A DNA stretch of 64,000 bases, taken from assembly GCF_023055435.1 (NCBI RefSeq), contig NW_025964372.1, forward strand, positions 49,414,001 to 49,478,000, written 5' to 3'. The position numbers were made by a program, and so were the translations under genes. Origin of the DNA: Haliotis rufescens. Its lineage: Eukaryota. Under the pieces are notes generated by a model. The model was not told the origin of the DNA, made no database searches, and saw only the letters and a program-made list of their open reading frames with translations. Shown here in pieces: positions 26,845 to 39,387 of the stretch (its first letter is position 1; every line of letters starts with the position of its first letter).

Positions 26845-28485
26845 TCATTTCCGTTTTGTCAAAGTAACTTCGTCTTTGGCATCAAGGAAAACCACAAACC
26901 GATGACGACCTCCACCCGACTGTATGACGTATTCATGACCCTGGAGGCCATAGAACGACACCCTCGCATCCTTCCACAAGGCAGGCTTGTGATGCTCCAG
27001 GTTAGAGATGCAGGCTTGGATCTGTCGCCGTAGATACGTCCCCTCCTCGTCTGTCTCTGTACCTTCGTGGCCGACAGTCTTGATGATCAGCTTCCCCAGC
27101 GTCCTCTTGTTCACGTCCTCAACTTCCAGCTGAAACAAACCCGTGAAGATCCGGGGTAGAATAGGTCTTCAGCAACCCATGTTGCCGTGAAAGGCGACTA
27201 TGTTTGTCCTCTACTTCCAGCTGAAGAGTGGTAACATGAAGGAGAGACTGGGCCTGACATTCCTGGCATAACCTTCCCACCAAGCAGTCACACACAGATG
27301 CAGAGGAGGCCTTACTTAAAGATCGGTAAAACACTTTGGATTCTCTACGGTATATTTTACGTTATTCTTTAAAACGAAAATGTCTATTTTTGAACGTACC
27401 AAATACTTTCTTCTTGAGACAATAGAACGATACCCTTTGAACAATACCAAAGCCCTATTTTGTAAAATAATATTCGGAATAGAACACGATCAAGCTGTAC
27501 AACCTACCAAAACCGAGGGTTCGTGAGCGGACAGCTTTTCACCATGTCCTGTCTGAAAGGGAAATAGTTCTAGGATATGGAAGACAGCAATGTTCAACGT
27601 AACTTGTGTACAACGTGGCCATTCTGGCAATTTCCAATAACAAGCCTTACCTCAATTGCAGCAATGTACTGGTGTTTCATCGTCACGTCTGTCGTCAGGG
27701 AATGGAAATACAGTTATTAAACTACGGTTATAACGAACTGAAAGGGACCACTAATTTGAATTCGTTATTACCGTAGTTCGTTATATCATATGTACGACAG
27801 TTATACAGGAAATGGACAGGACCAAGAAATAGTTCGTTATATCCGTCAGTTCGTTATAAGCGCATTCGTTACAAATGCAGTTTACTGTAACCTATTTTCA
27901 TTAACAAATAATCAAACTGGAAATTTAACAGCAGTTAATTCCATACTTTCTTCTCTATTTTAAACCCGTCACGCCGAAAACCCGGGTTCGATTCCCGACA
28001 TGGGTACAATGTGTGAAGCCCATTTCTGGTGTCCCCCGCTGTGATATTGCTGGAATATATAAGGCGGCGTACCCTACCCCTGTAGATGGTATACCTTATT
28101 GTTGAGACGAACCTCCATGCGTCACGTGTCAACACGCGGAAATCAATACCTCTAACTGATGGACGGATCTCGTAGACGTTAAACACTGCATGTGATGCCA
28201 GTCGAAATATAATAATATATATGTTGATATTATTTTAGCGTTTATCGTAATGTGTAGCTCTGTTATTTTTGTGATCTGTCAAAACCGAATTTTCGCAAAT
28301 TTTTTTTAACCATATACAAAATATACAGACTAAATACATTAGCCTGAAACGTTCAGTATTGAATCTAGACAGCATATAGTTCATTAATGTTTCGTTAAAG
28401 GCTACATGTAGTTCATACAGTTTTAGACACGTGCGCGCTTGTGGAATATTTGATTATATAAACGCTCACGTACCGTGTTGCCCAT
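26845..28485 (-). CDS. Gene A1: uncharacterised 113-aa protein, putative N-myristoylated; exons 28485-28474, 27552-27508, 27129-26845
   Basis: ATGGGCAACACG|GTACGT; TTTCAG|45 nt (TGHGEKLSAHEPSVL)|GTAGGT; TTTCAG|LEVEDVNKRTLGKLIIKTVGHEG...KRK*. All introns are phase 0 and the exon sizes are identical in three paralogues. Confidence 0.8.
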
Positions 28486-28704
28486 GTTGATGCCGCTAGA
28501 ACGTATTGACTGATGGCTTCCCTCCCCTGCGTCAGTTGTGGGAGGACGGGTGGGTTTACCCAGATCCCGGGTGGGGAACTCCAGTCACGTGATCACCCAT
28601 TGTCCACAAAAACACTGCGCAGTTCCACAGACGGGAGCGGGAGTGTTCTGGGCAGTATTTTCAATTCTGACGTCATTTAAGAAGTGTTACCTCCACAAAC
28701 CAGC
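28486..28704. promoter_or_regulatory. Putative bidirectional promoter A1/B1
   Basis: 219 nt between divergent ATGs; GGGGAACTCC (kB consensus, 28573-28582), GTCACGTGAT (E-box, 28584-28593), TGACGTCA (CRE, 28668-28675); conserved blocks shared with 39388-39654. Confidence 0.6.
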
Positions 28705-31700
28705 ATGTTCAGAGTAAGTGGCCTTTGATGCATGTATTGATTACAATGTAGAACATTTCTTATTTATGCGTGATTCCAATGTGCTTAGGGTATTTCAGAC
28801 AGCTCTCCTCCAGTTCGATATCAGTCAGGGATGACTTCTCTGTATGTAAATATAAGGAACTACAAGTATAATGATAGTGAAGTCGGGATATAATGATAGT
28901 GAAGTCGGGATATAATGATAGGATGGTCGGGGTAATATGACACTGTGAAGTCGGGGTATAATGACAGTGAAGTTCAGGTATAATGATAGTGAAGTCTGAT
29001 ATTATGACAGTTAACTCTGGGTATTGTGGCAGTGAAATCTGGGTATAATGATAGTGAAGTCTGATATTATGACAGTTAACTCTGGGTATTGTGACAGTGA
29101 AGTCCTGGAATAATGATAGTGAAGTCGGGTATTATGACAGTTAACTCTGGGTATTATGACAGTGAAGTCCAGGTATAATGATAGTGAAGTCGGGTATTAT
29201 GACAGTTAACTCTGGGTATTGTGACAGTGAAGTCCAGGTATAATGATAGTGAAGTCTGATATTATGACAGTTAACTCTTGGTATTATGACAGTGAAGTCC
29301 AGGTATAATGATAGTGAAGTCGGGTATTATGACAGTTAACTCTGGATATTGTGACAGTGAAGTCTGGGTATTATGACAGTTAACTCTGGGTATTGTGACA
29401 GTGAAGTCCAGGTATAATGACAGTGAAGTCGGGTATTATGACAGTTAACTCTGGGTATTATGACAGTGAACCCTGGGTATAATGATAGTGAAGTCGGGTA
29501 TTATGACAGTTAACTCTGGGTATTATGACAGTGAAGTCCAGGTATAATGATAGTGAAGTCGGGTATTATGACAGTTAACTCTGGGTATTGTGACAGTGAA
29601 GTCCAGGTATAATGATAGTGAAGTCGGGTATTATGATAGTTAACTCTGGGTATTATGACAGTGAAGTCCAGGTATAATGACAGTGAAGTCGGGTATTATG
29701 ACAGTTAACTCTGGGTATTGTGACAGTGAAGTCTGGGTATTATGACAGTTATCTCTGGGTATTGTGACAGTGAAGTCCAGGTATAATGACAGTGAAGTCG
29801 GGTATTATGACAGTTAACTCTGGGTATTGTGACAGTGAACCCTGGGTATAATGATAGTGAAGTCGGATATTATGACAGTTAACTCTGGGTATTGTGACAG
29901 TGAAGTCCAGGTATAATGATTGTGAAGTCGGGTATTGTTACAGTTAACTCTGCGTATTATGACAGTGAAGTTGGGGTACAATGACTGCCAAGTCCTTGTA
30001 TAAACACAATCAAGTAGGAATATGGCGACCGTAAGATCTGGGTATATTGACAGTGAACTCTGGGAATGAAGAAAGAGAAACTCCGTGAAAGATGACAGTG
30101 AAGTTAGAGTATGATGACAGTCGTGACCCGGTATTACTACAATGAACTCGACCCGTGAGGATCCTGGGTAGAATAGGTCTTCAGCTACCCATGCTTGCCG
30201 TAAAAGGCGACTATGCTTGTCGTAAAAGGCGACTAACGGGATCGGGTGGTCATAACGCGAACAGGTTGAGGTACGTGTCATCGTATTCCAATTGCGTGGA
30301 TCGATTCTCAGACTCGATTATTTACAGACCGCGGTCAACTAACAAACAAACAAGGAACTCCGTCTCAAGTTTCAGTTTCAAACACAAACTTTCACACTTA
30401 CGACAATGTGGATATATATAACCTGCATCTGAACTGATGAGGACATTGTTTCGTAGATAAATGTTCTGTTTTAAATGTAGAGCTGTTCTCCGCGACAAAC
30501 ACGAACACGAATTCTTTTCTCTTTATCCGTACATTTTACCATCTTCTGTCAGTGTTATACTTGATATTCAGCAAGGTTCTCTGTGTTCAGAATGGGTAAG
30601 ACACGATGACGTCAGTTACAGTATTTAAAACTAAATTCTCCATTCTGCGAACTTATGCACTTAAGATTTAAACGGTGAAAATATGAGATAATTTGACAGT
30701 AAAATTTACTGCAAGTGGACGTGTGCGTTTGCGTGTGGCAGCCGTTGGTTATGAATTATGATTAATCTTTTCTTTTCAGGGTTCAACAAAGTCATTCCCG
30801 TTGTATTTGAGTATAAAGAATACACTAAAACAAATATACACCGTGGCTGTATGAGTGAGTGAGTTGGGTTTTAACGCCACTTTGAACAGCTTGTCAGCTC
30901 AATGTGGGAGGAAAGGCTGAAGTGATGCAGGTCTCAGACGTTTACCACTTCGGCGAAACCCACGAGCACGGGTATGGTGCTGACAAACCTAGAAACATAA
31001 TTGGGGCGAACCGGGATTCGAACCCACAATCATAGGTTTCGGAGGGACGCAACTCTGCACAGCGAATCGCGGCGCCTTAGACGACTGGGCCACCCCCGGC
31101 TACATGAAAACTACAGTTGTAATGAATGAGTGAGTGAGTTGGGTTGCACGCCGCTTTGAACAGTTTTCCAGTTATATCACGATGTGTCAGTTTAGTGTGG
31201 GAGGAAAGCCCGAAGTGATGCAGGTCTGAGATGTTTACCACATAGGTGGTACCCACGAGCACGTGTATGGTGCTGACAAACCTAGAAACATAATCGGGGC
31301 GAACCGGGATTCGAGCCCAAGATCACAGGTTTCTGGCGTGCCCAAGGGAGGCAACTCTGCACAGCGGATTGCGGCACCTTAGATGACTGTGCCCCTGTGC
31401 CCCTGTAATATATGATCACTTAGGTACAATAGCAAATAGACTACAGTTAATTCTGAACTTAATTATGATTTACAACCATTCTTAATTCAGTCATGTCAAA
31501 AGGTCATGTCTTTGGATTATGATTGCATAACACTTGATCCTACACTGGACCCTCATTCATAAAGGATTAGTAGCTTACGGTAACTGATATACTTAGTTAC
31601 TTACGTGAGGAGAATGATACCACTCTGCAAGAAACATCGCGCTGTGAATAGATCGGTTTTATCATGCACATCTATGTTAAACACCTCCTATGTTTCTGAC

Positions 31701-32016
31701 ACATCGGCTTTACCATGCATATAAGTGTTATACGTGTTATACTGGGGCGGTCGGGTAGCCTAGTGGTTTAAGCGTTCGCTCGTCACGCCGAAGACCCGGG
31801 TTCAATTCCCGACATGGGTTCAGTGTGTGAAGCCAATTTCTGGTGACCCCCGCCGTGATATTGCTGGAATATTGCTAAAAGCGGCGTAAAACCATACTCA
31901 CTCACTCACTCTGACATAACTGATCTGTTGACATATGATGTTTACTACAGGTGTATAGCATCACGTGACCACTCAGGATCAATGAATACTCAGGAAAATT
32001 ACACAGTATGTATGTA

Positions 32017-32073
<57 letters not shown>

Positions 32074-32857
32074 CTGTCAAGGTACCCAAAACACAGATGA
32101 TAAGCCTTATCTACTTATTGCGGATTTGAATAGTAGTAAACACATTCCAAGAGCCCAATTCTTTTCCTTGCAGAAGGATGACGACGATATGGTGTCTGGG
32201 GTAGGTACAAGTTCATTTTATAATTAATTAATCTCATTACAAACATACCAGCATGCGCTCATTGTTAACGTAAAAACAAAGGAGTGACTATCTGTATGTA
32301 AATCAATAGGACACCTGTTACACTAAATGGCAATGTGTAAACACCTTGCGTCATAGCCAAACTTGTTATTAATAATTAATTACTTTTGAATTGCATTCAA
32401 CGCATCTGGAGAAAGAACTGCTGATTCGTTCTTATTTAATCTTTCCTAAAGTGACATCCAGTGTGTATTGCAGATCGTGAACTGTGGCCCTTACATTGAC
32501 TTTCCCGACATCTCCGATTTCATCCAAGAGAAGCAGCACCGTCTGCTGGGCGTGGACCGGAAGGTGCTCCAGTGCTGCTACTCTGTGCTAGGGGGCGAGC
32601 CTGACTGGGTGTGGAGGAATGCCAGCATGGAGGTCTACGGGAGATTCCTCACTGTCAAGTTCTACGCCAGAAGTCAGTGCAACAAATATGTTGTGTCCAT
32701 CAACAACGAGGAAGTGACCTCACAGTGTGTCCACAGAGGGCTGCGTCTCAAGCTCAGAGATGGCTTCCGGTCGGTGTTCAGCTGGATTGCGGACACGGCT
32801 CAAACTGTTCTGGGAGCAGTGGCTGGAGGTGGCATGGGGATGCTGACCTTTCATTAA
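28705..32857 (+). CDS. Gene B1: uncharacterised 139-148 aa protein; exons 28705-28713, (30780-30806, donor mutated), 32174-32200, 32474-32857
   Basis: ATGTTCAGA|GTAAGT; TTTCAG|GSTKSFPLY|TTGAGT; TTGCAG|KDDDDMVSG|GTAGGT; TTGCAG|IVNCGPYIDF...MLTFH*. The terminal exon is GC3-rich and coding-like and aligns with the A proteins. Confidence 0.7.
28866..29980. repeat. 21-bp-based minisatellite (GGGTATTATGACAGTGAAGTC variants, about 63-bp higher-order unit) in B1 intron 1
   Basis: Direct tandem array. Confidence 0.92.
30150..30352 (+). mobile_element. Family-2 headless SINE-like element
   Basis: Starts GACCCGTGAGGATCC; AAC-rich tail; internally deleted. Confidence 0.8.
31744..31911 (+). mobile_element. 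SINE family 1, near-consensus (others: 26093-26228, 27965-28070, 33101-33263, 33620-33785, 40660-40762, 40800-40905, 43073-43205, 46237-46392)
   Basis: tRNA-like head and (CACT)n tail. Confidence 0.9.
32020..32071. repeat. (TG)n microsatellite
   Basis: Perfect dinucleotide run; a (CA)n run is also present at about 54249-54306. Confidence 0.95.
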
Positions 32858-33319
32858 TCGTAATTACATCTTTGTACTGAGAGTGATATGCAGTTACTTT
32901 GAATGTATTTTCACCTTTGAACGTACTGGGGTATCTCTTCATGTCTGGAGCCAGACCTTTTGATGTAACCCTCTGACACTCACCACAGTGATCGCGCATC
33001 AATACAATTGATTGTAATTACATCATGTCGACTACCTGCATGAAAGTGTATACCAGCTTCATGTATTCACGTTTGCTTTACTCACTAAAATTGAACATAT
33101 GAGTGAGAGAGTATGGTTTTACGCCCCTTTTAGCAATATTCCAGCAATATCACGGCGGGGGACACCAGAAATGGGCTTCACACATTGTACCCATGTCGGG
33201 AATCGAACCCGGGTCTTCGGCGTGACGAGCGAACGCTTTAACCACTAGGCTACCCGACCGCCCTGAAAAGAACACATTAATTTATGTAAATAAAGCTTGT
33301 GGGCCTCCAATTGTTACAT

Positions 33320-34185
33320 GAGATGGTTGATGGTTCTGTACTGCTGGACGGTACATAAATGAGTGTCAACCAAGCGAAGTGCCATATCAAATCGGCCCAG
33401 TTGTTCAAGGAGAGGTTTTCTGAACGACCACTGCATCGAGTTTATGTGCAGTGTGTTGAAAAGATCAGCAATCCTGCAGAGTCCTTCACTTGGGTGAAGT
33501 TGTCTGGCCTGAAAAGGGAAACAGAAGGCTTTCTGTTTGCTGCCCAGGACAAGTCACTTCCAGCTTGAAACCGTCAATGTGTGATTTTGCATCAAAATGT
33601 AAATATGAAATGTAGAAATGTGAGTGAGTGAGTATGGTTTTACGCCCCTTTTAGCAATATTCCAGCAATATGACGGCGGGAGACACCAGAAATGGGCTTC
33701 ACACATTGTACCCATGTCGGGAATCGAACCCGGGTCTTCGGCGTGTCGAGCGAACGCCTTAACCACTAGGCTACCCGACCGCCCCTTGACAGTAATGTGA
33801 TTGACAAGATTTCGGTGCCTTAGGTCTTGTACCTCCTAATCTGTTGACTGACATTGGGAGAGTACCCGGGTTTGCTACCAGGAATACAGCCCTTTTGACA
33901 ATCTGGGTAATGCAGAAGACTGCAGTGTTGGGGAGTCTTTACATTCTCCGAAAAGTTCTGGATGGGTTTGACTAGGCAGCGTTTCCTGGGAAAAGTCCCA
34001 TTCGCTGTCTGGGCTGCGTGTAGAGGGAGCAAGGGCCCTGAGCTGATGATGACCCTAACCAGCCTGACTGATCACCCAGACCCTCTTTGCTGCATTTTAT
34101 TTTAATTTGTAAAAAAAAAAAAAAAAATAAATAAATAAAAAAAAAAAAAAAAAATAAATAATAAAAATAATAATAATAATAATCC
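33320..34185 (+). mobile_element. 3' fragment of R4/Dong-like non-LTR retrotransposon
   Basis: SFTWVKLSGLKRETEGFLFAAQDKSL and MQKTAVLGS motifs followed by an A-rich/(TAA)n tail; SINE nested inside. Confidence 0.6.
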
Positions 34186-35620
34186 TCTCGTCCCTGCCAG
34201 ATGGTGGTGGATGTGTACCTTGTGTTTCCCTTGTCTTCACCTTATATGACATGACATGAGACATGAGATATGAGACATGGCATGAGACATGAGACATGAG
34301 ATTTTATTTTGGTACTTGGAGGCCAGTGGCCCATGGTACAATAGACATAACAATTCCTCTTGCCACGGTGAGAGGTTACACGATTTAGACACCAAGTGTC
34401 TAAAGTCACAGATATACATTAGCTAGAGCAATAGAGTAATAAATCGTATTATGGTGTGAGTTGAGACGACATAAATGTTGCATGTACCTTAAACAGGTGT
34501 AGTAATAGATATGTAGCTGTTCTTTGAACATGGTAAATATTGTCATTATTCAATAAGTTAATTTCCACATGTTCAAATTTTAATATTCCCCTTCCTTACT
34601 TTAATCTAAGGTTAATATACAATGGACAGACTGCAACTTGATTGTTCTGAAAAGAAAAACACACGGGAACGTCTCAAGTTCATTGTTCTCCACATGTCTA
34701 CCAAGACACTTTTTTGAAAGTTTTACTGAGGCCTTTGATTGTTTGCGCGGTGTACTACTACCAATTTATTACAGTTGAAACTACCGACAAAATCTGACCT
34801 CTTCCAAACAAGGGCGGATCCAACGTTTTTAAAAGGGAGGGGTCCAACATATCAAAATCCTTTCTCAGATAATTTTACTGCCTTTCACATAGCACATTTG
34901 GGCCTTCTTGTGCACACATGACCACGTCTTGACCTACCGGACAACCAGTGTCCCTTTTGACCAAGCAAAAATAACCAGACAGTGTCAGATACGCTCTATT
35001 ACAGTGCTCACTTCTCTCAGAGACCATATAATAGATCTATTATATGGTCTCTGCTTCTCTGCACCGTCCAGATGAATATACACATGTCCTTGTGTACTAT
35101 AACGACTTCGAAAAGATGCTTGTATTTGTTTCTTTAATCGTCATAAACCCGTAGTACAAAAAGGGTAAAAAACCTGTACATGTCAGCACTTGAGTAATGG
35201 TGATAAGACCTTTGAGTAGGCGTCGAAACCACTGATTTGAAACACGTGCTTTTTCCGGAAGTTTGAAAAAAGGGTAAGAAAAGATAACTCTTATTGACTT
35301 AGATAGAAAGAGAAGCGTCCGTAAAATATTGCCTCGTAGGGGGCAAGACATGTACAGTAAGAAAAGAAGTCGTTCACTTTGAGTCAGCTTCGTTTTTTAA
35401 TTTGCTAACACAAGTGATAACAAGTGCTAGCCTCATTACCGTACATCCATGGCAAACAGCCACTTGTCAGATAAGATATTCATTTCAGTGAATATGGTGT
35501 GTGTTTATAGCTAATACAGACATGACGCGAATCAACATGTGCATTCAAACAGAAACGTCTTGACAGAATACCGCATATGCATATTCAGTTAAAATGTTTT
35601 TGTGTGTTCTTGTATAGACC

Positions 35621-38600
35621 CTATATCCGTTTTGTCAAAGTAACTTCGTCTTTGGCATCAAGGAAAACCACAAACCGATGACGACCTCCACCCGACTGTA
35701 TGACGTATTCATGACCCTGGAGGCCATAGAACGACACCCTCGCATCCTTCCACAAGGCAGGCTTGTGATGCTCCAGGTTAGAGATGCAGGCTTGGATCTG
35801 TCGTCGTAGATACGTCCCCTCCTCGTCTGTCTCTGTACCTTCGTGGCCGACAGTCTTGATGATCAGCTTCCCCAGCGTCCTCTTGTTCACGTCCTCAACT
35901 TCCAGCTGAAACAGACCCGTGAAGATCCGGGTTAGAATACGTCTTCAGCAACCCATGCTTGTCGTAAAAGGCTACTATGTTTGTCGTAAGAGGTGACTTA
36001 CGGGATCGGGTGGTCAGGCTCGCTGACTTCATGTCATCGTATTCCATTTGCGTAAATCGATGCTTATGATCTCAATCACTGGATTTATGTACTCAAACTT
36101 TTAGATCTTAAACAATCTCAAGAATGGAATAAGTTTAGGGTGTGAAACGTACCAAAACCGAGGGTTTGTGAGCCGACTTCATGTCGCCGTGTCCTGTCTG
36201 AAAATAGAGAGAGGACATTGAGGAGACCAAGTAAACAGTTAATTAGTAAAATCAGTTATATCCCGGCGTGCCATCTTGATGTGGGAGAAAGTGATTCAGC
36301 TCTTGGACATTTACAACTTTGGTGAAACCCACGAGCACGGGCATGGTGCTGACAAACATAGACACATAATCAGGGCCAACTGGGATTCGAACCTACGACC
36401 ATAGGTTTCTGGCACACCTAAGGGGCGCAACTCGAATTGCTCTGCGAATTGCTCAAAGGCCTCAGGACGTTAGCCATGCGTACCCCCAATTATACGTCTG
36501 AAAGAAGATAGGCACTACTAGTTTATTTTCACATGTTATGAACTGTCACATTGGGAAGCATTTACAGTTGACGTTGATCTGATTTAATATATGTCTGAGA
36601 TAATACGTAAATTGAAAACTTGGTACAGGGTCGCTGTATTTTCTATATAGACATGTACTAGTTCACATCACATGTTAGAAAACATCAGTGGAAGACCCTG
36701 AAAGGGTACCAAAATAACTACTGCCACGAAACATAAAATCTCGTTGTTAGAATCGATTTCGGTTTTCGTATTTCAACATGACTACAATATGTTGACATTA
36801 GGAAGAAAAACAAACGTGTTTCTTCAGAAAATGAATAATACGATTCTAAAATAACATAGTTTATACAGAAATATATGGTTAGCGGTGCTTATTTCAGAGA
36901 AAGATATCTACTTTTACCTCACGTGTTCATCATACAGATGTTTAGGCGAGCCCTTCGGAATTTAAGTATGCCAAAGAAAATACTTTTGACCTATATTCAA
37001 ACTTGGTGATTTCATCTCACCAAAAGCCAGATAATAACTGGCTGTAATTTAAAAAAATCCCTGGCGCCTTTTCATTGATATTGGTAGCATCATTTCTGAA
37101 TACCCAGGATTGTTTTATGAATCATGATGCGCAGGGGAATTACCTCACGAGAAAGTATCAAAATGCTCTGTTTAATTCACGACTGCATTTTCTGCGTATT
37201 TAGTATTTATTTTATCATTTAACGGTGCTAAACCAACCAAACCCCGAACGTCAATTATGCAATGCTCCACCTGAACCATGGTATACCTCAGATAAATCAG
37301 TTAAGAATTACGCTCACTGCAGTATTTGCTCAATATTTAGCAGTTTCAAATCTCAAGTTAACATGGCCCTGAACTGGAGACGAAGTGAGTTTGATTATTA
37401 TATGTGTTCCGCAACAATTTGTCAAGTTTACTTAAGCTTATTCTGCCTTCCTTGCATTGTCAAACACATAAAATTTTATCCATGATTGTTTAAATACCTG
37501 ACGTTATTTTCGTTTTTAAACCTAGCAGTAGTTTCTGTCCTGACAATGTTGTAAATGCGAGTGATTTCGAATATTTCATTTTAAATTTTAGCATTATGCG
37601 AACAGTGAATAAAAATTCATCGTGTGTACAATTAGACCGATTTAGACAAATGTAGTGATATGGTTTGATGTGCCGAATCCAATTATTAATCATATTCCCA
37701 AACAAACCAATTTTCTAAAATTATATGAAATTCATTAAGATCGTACTTCATTGGAATCACACTGAATGAAACAGTTTTGATGCAGGATAAAAATCTTAAA
37801 TACTTAGGTTTAGGGATAGTGGTGTGGGTGGGTGTGGTGTGGGAATAATGGCCCCGCAAAATTTATATCCGACAAAATCATATTTTCGATTTCTCAATAA
37901 TTTATATAGTAACTGAACTGAACCAGTCCTATTTTCATTATATATGCTGATGGGAGTTGTCATTAAATACACGTCTTCCATAAGGTGGGGTTTTATCGTC
38001 GCCGATAGTCCATCTAGTGCAGTGCGTAATATATGATGATTTTTATTTATATAAACCCGTCAAATGATTGTCAGCAACTGGTAAATAAACTTCATTCGAT
38101 AAACGTTCTGAAAAAGCTTAGAGAAACACGAGAAAAAACACGTGACAAAACAGGACAATAGACTAGAAAATCCAACATTAAAGGGCCACCCCATACACCC
38201 CCCAAAAAACAACAACAACAACAACAACAACAACAAACAAACCCCCAAACCCAAACAAACAATAAACAAACAAAACAAAAACAACAAAAAACAAACTCAA
38301 TTCTGAAAATGTCAGGAATGAGTTATTTTATCCGACATAGAACTTTTCAACTGGTTTTCAACACGTATTTAGTACTTTCACAATAGTTATCCGAGTTTCA
38401 TAAACCTCGCGATTAACCTCGTTCTTACATCTCTGTTTCGTGTTTGATGTCAATTGGAAACTTCCCCGTTGACAAAATGAGGGGGGCTGTTCGTCTGCTT
38501 AGTAAATAGACAAAAAACGATACTCCATTGTCCAAGACAGAGAGTCATATGTCAAAGAAACAGTTCAAGTGACTACAAATTCATATTTATTGAAGAGATC

Positions 38601-39387
38601 AACGGAGACGCCAAAGCCTCCAAAGACTCCAATAACGTACCACATGATGTTTGCGACATTTCAACAAGACAACGAAGAACAACAAACTAATGGACGTATA
38701 TATTGATTGCAACACAATCTGTAACAAGAGCGTTGCGCGTTGAGGCGTGAACTGTTTTTTGTTGTGGTTAGCTTAAACTCGCATGGCCTTGAAACGTTAT
38801 AGGTGAGGTGAGGTGAAATTGGGTTTAACGTCGCGTCCAAGATTATTGCACTTATATAGCGACGTGCATGCACGTGTGTGTGTGTGTGGCTGCTTGTACT
38901 AGTCCGGACTGATGCCGATTTATAGTGCTAGCTCACTGAGATACCATGCCGCAGTTTAACATGAATACCCCACTCAGACACAGTATACTGACTCCGAGCC
39001 GACCAGTCCTTGTTTTAGCCCCTTAATGTCGAGCGCCAGACAGGGTAACAACAAGTACCATCTTTTAACGTCTTTTGGTATGACGCAGCCGGGGATCGAA
39101 CCCCGGACCTTGAAACGTAATACCCTGCTGTCACAGAATACCTTGTTTGTGAACACATATCAAGTAAGACCGCGAATTCCTGGCATGCCTCGTCGGTTTA
39201 TAACCCTGCGTGTGCTGCTGTGAAAATACGCTACTCTGAAACGTAGATGGTACCATCTTGAAATAAGTCTTATGTACTCGTTTGTTGTTTAACTATAGGA
39301 GCTTATATTAGTTCAAACATTTGTGGACACATATGTTTGTGAATAGTTGATAAGGTGATATAAACGCTTACGTACCGTGTTGCCCAT
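35621..39387 (-). CDS. Gene A2: 113-aa paralogue; exons 39387-39376, 36197-36153, 35905-35621
   Basis: MGNT|TGHGDMKSAHKPSVL|LEVEDVNKR...KRI*; canonical GT-AG sites; exon 3 nearly identical to A1. Confidence 0.8.

Noticed and set aside
27651-27710. Extra A1 exon candidate ending ...IAAIE|GTAAGG
   Set aside because: No counterpart in A2 or A3; acceptor side is disrupted by a MITE and no phase-0 open frame could be built.
28866-29980. CRISPR-like regular repeats
   Set aside because: No unique spacers, eukaryotic context, no cas genes; ordinary minisatellite.
30433-30460. CTGATGAGGAC hammerhead-like start
   Set aside because: No downstream GAAA core or closing stems.
31744-31815. tRNA-Asp-like gene
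   Set aside because: It is the head of a multi-copy SINE; acceptor stem is not intact and a SINE body and tail follow.
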